The notes under the pieces are model-generated. The model was not told the origin of the DNA. It saw nothing but the letters and a program-made list of their open reading frames with translations, and did no database searches. 64,000 nucleotides of DNA from Minisyncoccota bacterium (lineage in GTDB: Bacteria; Patescibacteriota; Microgenomatia; UBA1400; PJMF01). A program made the translations under genes and the position numbers. Where the stretch lies: assembly GCA_009885085.1 (NCBI GenBank), contig VFLK01000009.1:3810-67809 (forward strand), read 5' to 3'. Positions 19,344-28,988 of this stretch are shown here, one piece after another. Every line of letters begins with the position of its first letter. Positions within the stretch are counted from its first letter, which is position 1.

Positions 19344-19469
19344 TGCGTTTATAAACCTAAATAACAACTTACAATTTTTTCATTTTTTTTAAGCTAATTC
19401 TCAGAAAAATTTCATATATTAACTACAGTATTAATTAATTATAAATTAGCTATTTTAAGGAACAAAAAT

Positions 19470-19985
19470 ATGAAATCAAGAATTGTTATGCCAGTGATTG
19501 CTATCGGTATTATTGCGATCGCAGCTATGAACTCAGTTAGCTTTGCAAATGCTCAAGGCAGTGAACTCAAAAGTGCGACTTTGGTTAGTCGGATAGCCTC
19601 TAGGTTTGGTTTGAATGAGTCAGAAGTCTCGGAAACATTTGATGAGTTTAGATCAGAGCGTGGTGCTCAGCGTCACGAAAAAATGCAGGAAAGAATGCAA
19701 CAACGACTTGATATTGAAGTTCAAAAAGGATCTTTAACTCAAGATCAGGAGTTTGCAATCATGGCAAAACATGATGAACTAGAAGGAAAATATGATGATC
19801 TTTATAACCTTTCTCCTGAGGATAGACGTGAGGCAAGAGCTGACATTCATGATGAAATGATGGCTTGGGCAGAAAGCAATGGGATTAGCATGGATGAATT
19901 TGAAAGATTTGATGGAGATATGGGAAACGGGTTTGGAGGAGGTCTAGGTAGAGGTCTAGGTAGGGGTATGCATATGGTCAACTAG
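19470..19985 (+). CDS. Secreted hypothetical protein with a Gly-rich C-terminus
   Basis: Signal peptide MKSRIVMPVIAIGIIAIAAMNSVSFANA; charged helical core; C-terminus GGGLGRGLGRGMHMVN. Confidence 0.5.
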   Translation: MKSRIVMPVIAIGIIAIAAMNSVSFANAQGSELKSATLVSRIASRFGLNESEVSETFDEFRSERGAQRHEKMQERMQQRLDIEVQKGSLTQDQEFAIMAKHDELEGKYDDLYNLSPEDRREARADIHDEMMAWAESNGISMDEFERFDGDMGNGFGGGLGRGLGRGMHMVN

Positions 19986-20033
19986 ATTGGTATGCATATG
20001 GTCAACTAGATTGGTATGCATATGGTCAACTAG
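19965..20033. repeat. 24-nt direct tandem repeat (ggtatgcatatggtcaactagatt, ~2.9 copies) spanning the stop codon of the upstream gene
   Basis: Copies at 19965-19988, 19989-20012 and 20013-20033; each unit reads in frame as IGMHMVN*, repeating the gene's C-terminus plus TAG. A 12-nt ggtctaggtaga x2 repeat precedes it at 19941-19964. Confidence 0.85.
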
Positions 20034-20088
20034 GCCTGGGTATGTTTGGGTGGCTCTCCCAGCCTCTCGTTCATGATAATATAATATT

Positions 20089-21231
20089 ATGAACAAATTA
20101 GTGAGCAGTTTTTTTGGGAAAAAATCAAAATCGTCGAGTAGTAATGCTTTAGAGCAGAACTATAAGACGATTTTTGACTATGTTAGCGATGCACTTTTTA
20201 TTCACGATATAGATACGGGAAAAATTTTAGATGTAAATAAAAAAATGTGCAAAATGTATGGATACAGTAAAGAGGAAGTTTTGCATTCGAGCGCTGGTAC
20301 ATTTTGTTCTGGAATTGCACCATATACTCAAGAAACAGCTCAAGATAAAATTAATCAAGCAGCAACTGGAAAACAACAAGTTTTTGAATGGCAAGCAAAA
20401 ACAAAAACTGGCAAGTTATTTTGGGTGGAGGTAAGATTAGAAAAAGTTGTTTTAGATGGCTTAGACAAAATTATTGCAACTGTGAGAGATATTTCTGATA
20501 GGAAACTTATTGAAGAAAATAAGCTTTATATAGATAAGGCAAAAACTGAGTTTATTTCACTCGCTGCTCATCAATTACGAACTCCACTTGGCTCAATGAG
20601 ATGGAATACTGAAATTTTGCTACAGAGTGCAAAAGAATACAATCTGTCTCCTGAAGTAATTGGTTTAATCAAAAATAATTATCAAAGTAATTTGAAAGTT
20701 ATAGATTTGGTTAACGAATTATTAAATGTTTCTAGAATTGATCATAATAAAGTAAAGTCTGATGTTAAAAGATTTTCTTTGGTTGAGGTAATTGAGGAAA
20801 TAATTGAAGAACTTAGTTATGAAGCAAATCTCAAATCTGTTGTTTTGAATTTTAGAAAAAATAAAGATTATCATTATTTGGTTGAAATGGATCGTAAGCT
20901 CATTAAAGAGGCAATTCAAAATGTGATTGGAAACGCGGTTAAATATTCTTTTCAAAATACAGAGATCTCAATTTCCCTGAACAAAAAAGAAAAGAATTTT
21001 GAGATAAAAATCTCTAATGTTGGAATAGGCATTCCTTCCTTTGATAATAAATATATTTTTGAGAAATTTTTTAGAGCTAAAAATGCTATTAAACTTAGTT
21101 CTAAAGGATTCGGTTTGGGTCTATTTATTGCAAAGTCATTTATCGAAAGGATGGATGGAAATATTTCGTATTCTAGCGATGAAGATAAAAGAACGATCTT
21201 TATTGTGCGAATCCCAGCACCAACGGTCTGA
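20089..21231 (+). CDS. Cytoplasmic PAS-domain sensor histidine kinase (paralogue of the 8765 kinase)
   Basis: PAS fold, H-box SLAAHQLRTPL, N-box/G-boxes FEKFFRAKNA...GFGLGLFIAKSF; no TM helices. Confidence 0.85.
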   Translation: MNKLVSSFFGKKSKSSSSNALEQNYKTIFDYVSDALFIHDIDTGKILDVNKKMCKMYGYSKEEVLHSSAGTFCSGIAPYTQETAQDKINQAATGKQQVFEWQAKTKTGKLFWVEVRLEKVVLDGLDKIIATVRDISDRKLIEENKLYIDKAKTEFISLAAHQLRTPLGSMRWNTEILLQSAKEYNLSPEVIGLIKNNYQSNLKVIDLVNELLNVSRIDHNKVKSDVKRFSLVEVIEEIIEELSYEANLKSVVLNFRKNKDYHYLVEMDRKLIKEAIQNVIGNAVKYSFQNTEISISLNKKEKNFEIKISNVGIGIPSFDNKYIFEKFFRAKNAIKLSSKGFGLGLFIAKSFIERMDGNISYSSDEDKRTIFIVRIPAPTV

Positions 21232-22486
21232 TAAAAAATATTTTATTTTATTATTTTTTGTTAGCGTACTTTTATATTCCGCTGTTATTTTTAAAGTTAA
21301 GACAATACTTTGGGGGGACAGTTTATATTATTACGCATACACAAAATCAATGGTCATTGATCATGATATAGATTTTAAAAATGAAGCATATAGAATTTCT
21401 GATGGTTTTCCAAATGAACCAGAAGTCTCGGAAGTAACGGGAAAAGTAATTAATAAATTTTCTCCAGGGACCTCAATATTTTGGATACCTGGATTTGTTC
21501 TGGGACATGCTGCGAGTAGCATTTTAGAAGCTGTCGACATCATTAAAAATATTGATGGTTATAATTTTGTAACGCAATACGTGGTTGCGGTTTCAGCAAT
21601 TTGTTTTTCTACACTTGGATTATTTTTTTCATATAAAACTATCAAATTATTTTTTGATAGAAAAACTGCACTATTAATAACATTGTTTTTGTATCTAACA
21701 ACGCAGATGTTTTACTATACTTCAATTGATCCTTTGAATTCTCACTCCTCATCTTTTATGCTGTCATCGTTATTTTTATATTTGTTGGCATTTTTTTCAA
21801 AAACAAGAAATCTTAGCTGGCAAAAAATGATAACTTTTGGATTCATAGGTGGCGCAATGGTGCTAGTAAGAAATCAAGATATCGTGCTGCTTGTTCCGGC
21901 TTCTCTTTATTTTTTAACCAAAAATGGTGGCATATTAAACAGGGAGGGATTAATGGAAATGATAAATAGAATGATTCTATTTTGGGGAAGCATTTTTTTG
22001 ATATTAAGTATTCAAATGTTTATTACACTAGATTTATACGGAATAGTTGGAAGCCCTTACATTATCGGAGGCGAAAAATTGTCCTGGTTTAAACCAGATT
22101 TTATTAGAGTTTTGTTTAGTTTTGAAAATGGTTTGTTTACATTTGCGCCAATAATAATAATTTCGTTAATTGGATTATTATTGGCTTCGAATAATGTCTC
22201 AAAAAGCCAACAGCAAGCAGTATTGTTCAGACATCTCAGTCTAATCTCAATTTTTGCTTTCCTTTTACAGCTATATGTAGTTGCTTCCTGGGGGAGAGAA
22301 ATTATTGGGGGTCCATACGGATCGAGAATGTTTATTAGTATTTTGCCTTATTTATCATTAGGGTTGGCACTAGTCATTAAAAGATATAAAAATCATCGCA
22401 ACTTCAAATGGGCTACTTTCATAGGACTTGCATTACTATTTGCCAATAATTTGGCTCAAACTGCGATAATGCTTATTAGATTTTAG
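21179..22486 (+). CDS. PMT_2/ArnT-like family 39 glycosyltransferase (multi-pass membrane protein); start uncertain and overlaps the hk stop
   Basis: GDSLYYYAYTKSMVIDHDIDF resembles the D(E/S)xYYxxxx(R/K)xL...G N-terminal loop motif of PMT_2 glycosyltransferases; about 11 TM helices. The first in-frame ATG is at 21179, 52 nt before the hk stop. Confidence 0.5.
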   Translation: MKIKERSLLCESQHQRSDKKYFILLFFVSVLLYSAVIFKVKTILWGDSLYYYAYTKSMVIDHDIDFKNEAYRISDGFPNEPEVSEVTGKVINKFSPGTSIFWIPGFVLGHAASSILEAVDIIKNIDGYNFVTQYVVAVSAICFSTLGLFFSYKTIKLFFDRKTALLITLFLYLTTQMFYYTSIDPLNSHSSSFMLSSLFLYLLAFFSKTRNLSWQKMITFGFIGGAMVLVRNQDIVLLVPASLYFLTKNGGILNREGLMEMINRMILFWGSIFLILSIQMFITLDLYGIVGSPYIIGGEKLSWFKPDFIRVLFSFENGLFTFAPIIIISLIGLLLASNNVSKSQQQAVLFRHLSLISIFAFLLQLYVVASWGREIIGGPYGSRMFISILPYLSLGLALVIKRYKNHRNFKWATFIGLALLFANNLAQTAIMLIRF

Positions 22487-22515
22487 GTTTATTTATCTTT
22501 TTAAAATAATATATA

Positions 22516-23460
22516 TTAAAAAGATAATCTATTGAGTAATCTTCCTAATAGAGATTCAGCAGGTAATTCTGACTCTATGACTTCGCCAGTTTCATCAACT
22601 AATATGATTTCAGTGTCAATATCTCTTGAAAATAAGCCAAGGAATTTAGTCATTTTTGTGCCTTTGGTTTTATAAACTATTGTGCCATCTTCGGTAGTTG
22701 AAACCTCTATATCAGCTTCTTCAAGATCGTCAGCGGCAACTTCTTCCATTCTCATTAATGCTTGGTCTGGAAAATGATTTAATTCGTGAACGTTTCCACT
22801 TGGAGTTGTTAGTGTCACTATTCCAGATTCTGAGTCATAAACAAATTCTGCTCTAGTAAGACGGGCGGTTACACCTCTAGACTCTAATTCCATTTCTTGT
22901 GTGCTGTCCTCACGCTGTTTGTTTCTTAATTCAAGTTGTTCCTCTACTCTTGCCTGTCGTTCTTCTTTTAGTTTTTCCAAGTATGCTTTATGCTCTTCAC
23001 GGGTTTGTTTTATGTCAGTTTTATTTTTTTCTGAAATTTTTACTTGAGCTTTTGTTTTTTTAGAAGGAATTTCCATACTAAATCGATTCACTTTCGAAGA
23101 TTCTAATTTATTAGAACCAGATCTTTTTTCGATATCTACTTTGATTTCTTCATTGTCTGTTTCAATGCTGATTTTGCCACCATCTAGATTAGTTGTTTTG
23201 ATTAAATCCCCAAGCTCTCTTTCATCCTCAATTTTATTCTCGTCTGCATCGTTGCTCTCATCCTCAATTTTATTCTCGTCTGCATCGTTGCTTTCATCCT
23301 CAATTTCATTTTCTTCCGTATCATCATCTCCCAGGACAGCATCTTCGTAAAAATACACTTTTCCGTCCTGAGAAATTTTTAGTTCAAGCGCAAAAACCTG
23401 TGGTATCGAGATTGATAATGCAATTACAGCTAAAACTGTAATAATAAATATATTTTTCAT
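22516..23460 (-). CDS. Secreted acidic repeat protein
   Basis: Signal peptide MKNIFIITVLAVIALSISIPQVFA; ENKIEDESNDAD repeats encoded by 36-nt tandem repeats (23222-23310); coiled-coil middle region. Confidence 0.5.
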   Translation of the reverse strand: MKNIFIITVLAVIALSISIPQVFALELKISQDGKVYFYEDAVLGDDDTEENEIEDESNDADENKIEDESNDADENKIEDERELGDLIKTTNLDGGKISIETDNEEIKVDIEKRSGSNKLESSKVNRFSMEIPSKKTKAQVKISEKNKTDIKQTREEHKAYLEKLKEERQARVEEQLELRNKQREDSTQEMELESRGVTARLTRAEFVYDSESGIVTLTTPSGNVHELNHFPDQALMRMEEVAADDLEEADIEVSTTEDGTIVYKTKGTKMTKFLGLFSRDIDTEIILVDETGEVIESELPAESLLGRLLNRLSF

Positions 23461-23592
23461 AGTTTCCTTGAGTTACAAGATGATATTACTTGTTTATATT
23501 AATTAGATACATAATGACAAATTTATGAGGAGATTGCAAGCACTTTTAGACTTCTTATTGACTATGAGTCAAAAATCATCTTCAATGTATAT

Positions 23593-24483
23593 ATGCAAAA
23601 AAATTTTGAAAACCCAGTACAAATGACTCATGAAAAATCGAAAGATTGCTGTTCTTCTGATGAACACTGTGGAACCAGTATGAAGGGTGGTTTACCAATT
23701 AAAAAAGGTATGCTTTCTTTTATTACTTTGGCTATGGTTGCGACAACAACGGTATTGACAGTGCTATTAATCAATGAAAAAAAAATGAATGTTGTTTTGC
23801 CTGCGCCAGATGCAAAACCTGCTGAAACTGTTGCAAAAACTTATGAAATGCCTGCAATGAAAACTGTTGGAGAAAAAATTGATTTACCGGAGCCAAAAAC
23901 CACTGGAAAAATGTCAGTTGAAGAGGCCATTCAAACCAGAAGAAGCAAGAGAGTTTATTCTGAGGAACCAGTAACGCTATCAGAATTAAGTCAAATACTG
24001 TGGTCTGCTCAAGGTGTTACAGATGATAAGGGTCATAGAACTGCGCCATCGGCAAGAGGTGTCTATCCTTACTCACTTTATGTTGTTGTAAGGAACGTAG
24101 AAGGATTAGACCAAGGTTTATATTTATATGATTCAGCAACCAATACCTTGGGCAATCTTGGTTTAACTAATGCGGGAGAACTTTTAGCAGCATCTGGAGT
24201 TCAAGATAATTCGCAAAAAGCTCCAGTCGTTATTGCTTTAACAGCAGCATTTGCAAAAGCTGCGGTTAGTTTCCCAAACAATCCAGAAGAAGTTACCTTT
24301 TTAGAAGGTGGTCATATTGGTCAAAATATCTATCTACAAGCTGAGGCAATGAAAATGGCTACTGTTGTTACTGCAGGTTTTGATGTAGCAAAAGTTGGAG
24401 CTGCTCTTGGACTAGATAAAAATGAAACTATTGTCTATTTAATTCCTTTCGGTCATGTTGGGGTTGAAACTGTGGCTGAATAG
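23593..24483 (+). CDS. Nitroreductase-family protein (SagB-type dehydrogenase domain) with an N-terminal TM anchor
   Basis: EEAIQTRRSKRVYSEEPVTLSELSQILWSAQGVT...RTAPSARGVYPYSLYVVV is a nitroreductase-like FMN-binding fold. Confidence 0.65.
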   Translation: MQKNFENPVQMTHEKSKDCCSSDEHCGTSMKGGLPIKKGMLSFITLAMVATTTVLTVLLINEKKMNVVLPAPDAKPAETVAKTYEMPAMKTVGEKIDLPEPKTTGKMSVEEAIQTRRSKRVYSEEPVTLSELSQILWSAQGVTDDKGHRTAPSARGVYPYSLYVVVRNVEGLDQGLYLYDSATNTLGNLGLTNAGELLAASGVQDNSQKAPVVIALTAAFAKAAVSFPNNPEEVTFLEGGHIGQNIYLQAEAMKMATVVTAGFDVAKVGAALGLDKNETIVYLIPFGHVGVETVAE

Positions 24484-24497
24484 TAATTAATAAACTT

Positions 24498-26762
24498 ATG
24501 GCTTTAAATAAAAAAACGTTTTTTAATTTTTTTTTAGGTCAGAAAAATAATTTTTCTAAAGGAAAGGACAATTCTTTGTTAAATTTAGATTTGATGTTCT
24601 ATCCAAAATCGATTGCTCTTGTTGGGGCATCTTCAGATGATAAAAAGTTAGGTTCAATTGTTCTAAAAAACATTATTGATTCCGGATTTAAAGGAGAAAT
24701 ATTTCCTCTCAATTTAACATCAGCGACCATTTTAGGTTTGAAGACATATAAAGACTATGAAGATTTGCCGTCAATTCCTGATTTGGCATTAATTGCAATT
24801 CCAGCAAAATTTGTTTTAGAAGTTCTTGAAAAAATTATTAAAAAAGGTACCAAAAACGTAGTGATTTTTAGTGCTGGTTTTAAAGAGGCTGGATTGGAGG
24901 GACTAGCACTTGAACAAGATCTTTTGGAAATGATTAAAAAAAGTTCCACTGATGGTTCAATAAAAATTAACGTTTTAGGACCAAACTGTTTGGGCTTTGT
25001 GAACAATCTTTTTCCCGTTAACGTGACTTTCGGTCAGCCAGTAAATAAAAAAGGAAACTTAAGATTTATTTCTCAATCTGGTGCAATAGCATCAAGCGTC
25101 TTTGATTGGGCAGAATATAATGAAATTGGATTTAGCGAATTTGTGACACTTGGAAATAAGACAGATCTTAATGAAAATGATGTTTTAAAATATTTCTATG
25201 AAAATGATATTTCTTCTCAAACTAAAGAAGAAGGTAACTCTGGTTTAGTACCAGTTGGAATGTATTTAGAGTCAATTATTGATGGTAAAGAATTCATTAA
25301 TATTTCTAAAAAATTGTCTGCCAAAAATCCACTTTTTCTATTAAAGCCAGGCAAGTCAAATGAGTCTAAAAAGGCAATGCAATCGCATACAGGTTCAATT
25401 GCTGGTGAGGACTATGTTTTAGACGTTGCTCTTAAAAAAGCTGGAATTATTCGTTGCGATGGCATAGAAGATTTTTTTGACTTAGCCAAAGTCTTTGCTT
25501 GGGAAAAAATTCCAAAAGGGAAGAATATTGCAATAATATCTAATGCTGGTGGACCTGCAGTTTTGAGTTCAGATTTTGTAGCAGAAGAAGGGTTAAAGTT
25601 AGTTCGCTTTGACGAGGAAACTAGAAATGAGCTAGAGAAGCATTTGCCAAGAGCAGCAAGTATTTTAAATCCAGTGGACGTTTTAGGAGACGCCTTGGCC
25701 GAAAGATATGAGAGTGCGATCAAGACCTTAATTGTTGATGAAGACGTTCATTCCTTACTGATTATTTTGACCCCTCAGGTTATGACTCAAATTGAGCAAA
25801 CTGCTGAAGTGATTGGCAGGTTGTCACTTGAGTTTAGTAAGCCAATAATTTGTTCGTTTATGGGAGGTAGTCACATTGCAAAAGGAGAAAAAGTTCTAAA
25901 TAAGTTTAAAATTCCATCTTTCAGATATCCTGAAAGAGCGGTTAAGGCAATTGCTAGAATGAGCCAATGGGCTGAGTACAGAGATCTTTTAAATGTAAGT
26001 TCTGGATCAGTGATCTCGTCAAAATCAGTAATTTCAACAAAAGAAAGCGATTTATCTCAAGATAAACAAAATTTTGAGGCAAATAAAATATTATCGAAGG
26101 TTTTAACAACAGATAGAAAAAACCTAGATAGTTTTGAAGCTAATGGAATGTTACAAGCTTATGGAATCAATACTCCGCCAACTAAAAAGTGTATGGGTCT
26201 TGATGACGCGAGATCATTTGTGCAAGAAAATAGTTTTCCTGTAGTGCTTAAGATATCTTCTCCTCAAATGTTGCATAAAAGTGATGAGGGAGGCGTGATT
26301 GTGGGAATTGATAACGATGAAATACTTGAAGAAGCATTCAGGAGTATGCAAAAAATTATGGAAAACATGAAAGAATCTAATTTCAATTCAATTCAAATTC
26401 AAAAACAGGTTGCAAAAGGTTTGGAGTTAATAATTGGTTCTAAAAAAGATATTGTTTTTGGGAATGTTTTGATGTTTGGTGCCGGTGGCATTCTAGCAAA
26501 TTTAATTGAGGATCGAAATTTGGGATTAATTCCAATAAGTGAGGCAGAAGTAGCTTTGATGATCAAAAACTCAAAAGTAAATAAACTGATTGAGGGCTAT
26601 CGTGGCGAAAAAGGCTATGACTCAACTAAAATTGCAGATTTGATTTCTAAATTTCAAACTATGATCAGTTCTCATCCAGAAATATCTGAAGCGGATATCA
26701 ACCCGGTGATATTAAATGATGATGGAATTTGGGCAGTAGATGGTAAAATAATCTTAATATGA
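24498..26762 (+). CDS. Acetate/acyl--CoA ligase (ADP-forming), fused alpha-beta (Acd)
   Basis: 754 aa: CoA-binding Rossmann domain (KSIALVGASSDDKKLGSIVLKN), an SCS-like ligase-CoA region, and a C-terminal ATP-grasp. Confidence 0.8.
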   Translation: MALNKKTFFNFFLGQKNNFSKGKDNSLLNLDLMFYPKSIALVGASSDDKKLGSIVLKNIIDSGFKGEIFPLNLTSATILGLKTYKDYEDLPSIPDLALIAIPAKFVLEVLEKIIKKGTKNVVIFSAGFKEAGLEGLALEQDLLEMIKKSSTDGSIKINVLGPNCLGFVNNLFPVNVTFGQPVNKKGNLRFISQSGAIASSVFDWAEYNEIGFSEFVTLGNKTDLNENDVLKYFYENDISSQTKEEGNSGLVPVGMYLESIIDGKEFINISKKLSAKNPLFLLKPGKSNESKKAMQSHTGSIAGEDYVLDVALKKAGIIRCDGIEDFFDLAKVFAWEKIPKGKNIAIISNAGGPAVLSSDFVAEEGLKLVRFDEETRNELEKHLPRAASILNPVDVLGDALAERYESAIKTLIVDEDVHSLLIILTPQVMTQIEQTAEVIGRLSLEFSKPIICSFMGGSHIAKGEKVLNKFKIPSFRYPERAVKAIARMSQWAEYRDLLNVSSGSVISSKSVISTKESDLSQDKQNFEANKILSKVLTTDRKNLDSFEANGMLQAYGINTPPTKKCMGLDDARSFVQENSFPVVLKISSPQMLHKSDEGGVIVGIDNDEILEEAFRSMQKIMENMKESNFNSIQIQKQVAKGLELIIGSKKDIVFGNVLMFGAGGILANLIEDRNLGLIPISEAEVALMIKNSKVNKLIEGYRGEKGYDSTKIADLISKFQTMISSHPEISEADINPVILNDDGIWAVDGKIILI

Positions 26763-27229
26763 TTGAATCAAATATTCCAATTCACATAATTTATGCTTCC
26801 ACATCTGGAAACACAGAATTCATTATGGATAAAGTTGCCGATGTATGGCGAAAATTGGGAAAAGAAGTTTTCCTTCACAGATCTGAGAAAACAGATATTA
26901 ACGTTTTCAAAGATAATAAATACTTTTTATTAGCCACTTCTACCTGGGATCACGGGACTATTAATCCTTTTTTCGATAGGTTGCTAGCTGAAATGAAAAC
27001 AGCTGATTTTTCTGGAAAGTCTGCCTCCTTCATAGGTTTAGGTGACAGAAGGTATGAATCTCATCTTTTTTGCGCAGGAATGACAATTTTAAAGGAAGTT
27101 TGGGAGAAAAGTAATGGAAAATCTCTTGGTGTGGCATTAACAATTGGCAGAGAGCCGTTTGATGAAATAATTGATAAATTAGTGAGAGATTGGGCTGAAA
27201 AAACTCTAAAATTATTTGAAGAAAATTAA
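26759..27229 (+). CDS. Flavodoxin
   Basis: IHIIYASTSGNTEF FMN phosphate-binding loop; 156 aa; its ATGA overlap with the acd stop suggests an operon. Confidence 0.7.
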   Translation: MIESNIPIHIIYASTSGNTEFIMDKVADVWRKLGKEVFLHRSEKTDINVFKDNKYFLLATSTWDHGTINPFFDRLLAEMKTADFSGKSASFIGLGDRRYESHLFCAGMTILKEVWEKSNGKSLGVALTIGREPFDEIIDKLVRDWAEKTLKLFEEN

Positions 27230-27241
27230 TGGACTAATAAT

Positions 27242-28987
27242 ATGAATTTTAAAAATCGTTTTGTTGTTAAAGTTGTCGGCGAATCAGGACAAGGAGTCAA
27301 CTCCATCGGTGAGGTTTTAGCCAAAGCGTTAAAAGACAACGGTTTATATATTTTTGGTTATAGAGAATATCCTTCTCTTATTAAAGGCGGTGACGCTAGT
27401 TACCAAATTGACATTGATAATATTGAAATCAAATCTTCTTCATCACACTGCGATGTATTAATGTGTCTATCGAGAAGTTCGTTTAAGAAGTATTTGAGGT
27501 CAGTTCGAGAAAATGGTTCTATCATTAACAGTGTAGTTAGCCTCCTACTTACTCCAGAGGAAGAGTCCTTTGTTAAAGAAAATAAAATTAATATTGAATT
27601 TATTCCTGCTAAGGATATCGCAATTGAGCTCGGGGGCAAAAGAATTATGTCCAACACGATTATGTTGGGAGCAATTTGGCAAATTTTTGGACTAGAAATT
27701 AGGAAAATGGAAGATAATATCAGAGAAATTTTTTCAAAAAAACCTGATGTGGTCGATATTAATTTAAAATGTTTGAATGCAGGTTTCAATTATGATTTAT
27801 CAAAATTAATTAGACCAAAGTTAGAAATAAGACAAACTGAAAACTTTAAGGATGATTTATTGCTAACTGGGAATCATGCAATCAGCTTGGGTGCCATTGC
27901 TGCAGGAGTGAGAGTCTTTTATTCCTACCCAATGACTCCAAGTAGCTCGATACTTACTTATTTATCTAGTGTCTATCACGAAACTGGAATGATCGTCAAG
28001 CAAATTGAGGACGAAATTTCTGTGGCTAATATGGCAATTGGTTCAATGCATATGGGAGCAAGAACTCTGATTGCAACTTCTGGCGGTGGATTTGATTTAA
28101 TGACAGAGGCAGTTTCATTGACTGGAATAACTGAAACACCATTCGTATGTGTACTTGCTCAACGACCTGGTCCTGGAACCGGCTTGCCAACTTGGACTGC
28201 TGCATCAGATTTAAACTTAGCTATTTATTCTGGGCATGGAGAATACGCCAAATGTGTTATAGCTGCTCATGATATTGCTTCATGTTATACCGTAACTCAA
28301 CAGGCATTTAATATTGCCGAAAAGTATCAGATACCGGTAATTATTTTGACAGAAAAGCAAATTGCAGAGTCGATTTTTCAAGTGGATAGAATGCCTCAGG
28401 ATATTCCAATAGAACGTCATATTCTTGAGGGCGAGGAACTTGAAAAAATTACCTCGCTTGATAGGTATAAAAATACTGAATCTGGAGTTTCTCCAAGATG
28501 GTTGCCAGGAAGTTGTGATGCAGTTTTTGATGCAAACAGCGACGAACATCTTTCTGATGGATCTTTGACAGAAGATGCAGTTCCTGCGAAAGAAATGTAC
28601 GAGAAGAGAATTAGAAAAGAAGAATATTTGCTGAAGGATTTACCAGAGCCAGAGATATTTGGTAGCGAAGATCCTGATATTTCATTTGTAGGATGGGGAA
28701 GTGTCAAAAACACTATGCTCGATGTGATGAACATCTTAAATGAGCGTGAGAAAAAGAAGGTCGCTTATTTGCATTATGAATATATTTATCCTCTAAGAAC
28801 AGAAGTTTTCCAAAGTTATGCTAAAAATGCCAAAAAGTTAGTATTAATTGAAAATAATGCTACTGGCCAATTAGGTAATCTAATTACTTCGAAAACTGGC
28901 GTCTTGTTTAAAAATAAATTGTTGAAGTTTGATGGTAGAGCATTCTTTTTGGAAGATATTATCGAATACATTGAAAGTGAGGAGTAA
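27242..28987 (+). CDS. 2-oxoacid:ferredoxin oxidoreductase, fused gamma-alpha subunit
   Basis: N-terminal POR-gamma-like domain (VVKVVGESGQGVNSIGEVLAKA) then an alpha domain (GNHAISLGAIAAGVRVFYSYPMTPSS). Confidence 0.85.
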   Translation: MNFKNRFVVKVVGESGQGVNSIGEVLAKALKDNGLYIFGYREYPSLIKGGDASYQIDIDNIEIKSSSSHCDVLMCLSRSSFKKYLRSVRENGSIINSVVSLLLTPEEESFVKENKINIEFIPAKDIAIELGGKRIMSNTIMLGAIWQIFGLEIRKMEDNIREIFSKKPDVVDINLKCLNAGFNYDLSKLIRPKLEIRQTENFKDDLLLTGNHAISLGAIAAGVRVFYSYPMTPSSSILTYLSSVYHETGMIVKQIEDEISVANMAIGSMHMGARTLIATSGGGFDLMTEAVSLTGITETPFVCVLAQRPGPGTGLPTWTAASDLNLAIYSGHGEYAKCVIAAHDIASCYTVTQQAFNIAEKYQIPVIILTEKQIAESIFQVDRMPQDIPIERHILEGEELEKITSLDRYKNTESGVSPRWLPGSCDAVFDANSDEHLSDGSLTEDAVPAKEMYEKRIRKEEYLLKDLPEPEIFGSEDPDISFVGWGSVKNTMLDVMNILNEREKKKVAYLHYEYIYPLRTEVFQSYAKNAKKLVLIENNATGQLGNLITSKTGVLFKNKLLKFDGRAFFLEDIIEYIESEE

Positions 28988-28988
28988 T

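Noticed and set aside
28929-28988. Long N-terminal extension of the OFOR beta ORF (MMVEHSFWKILSNTLKVRSN...) overlapping the alpha-subunit 3' end
   Set aside because: The ATG at 28989 sits immediately after the alpha stop and begins the conserved Cys-rich N-terminus (MACINCNS...). The extension is an out-of-frame shadow of the alpha gene.
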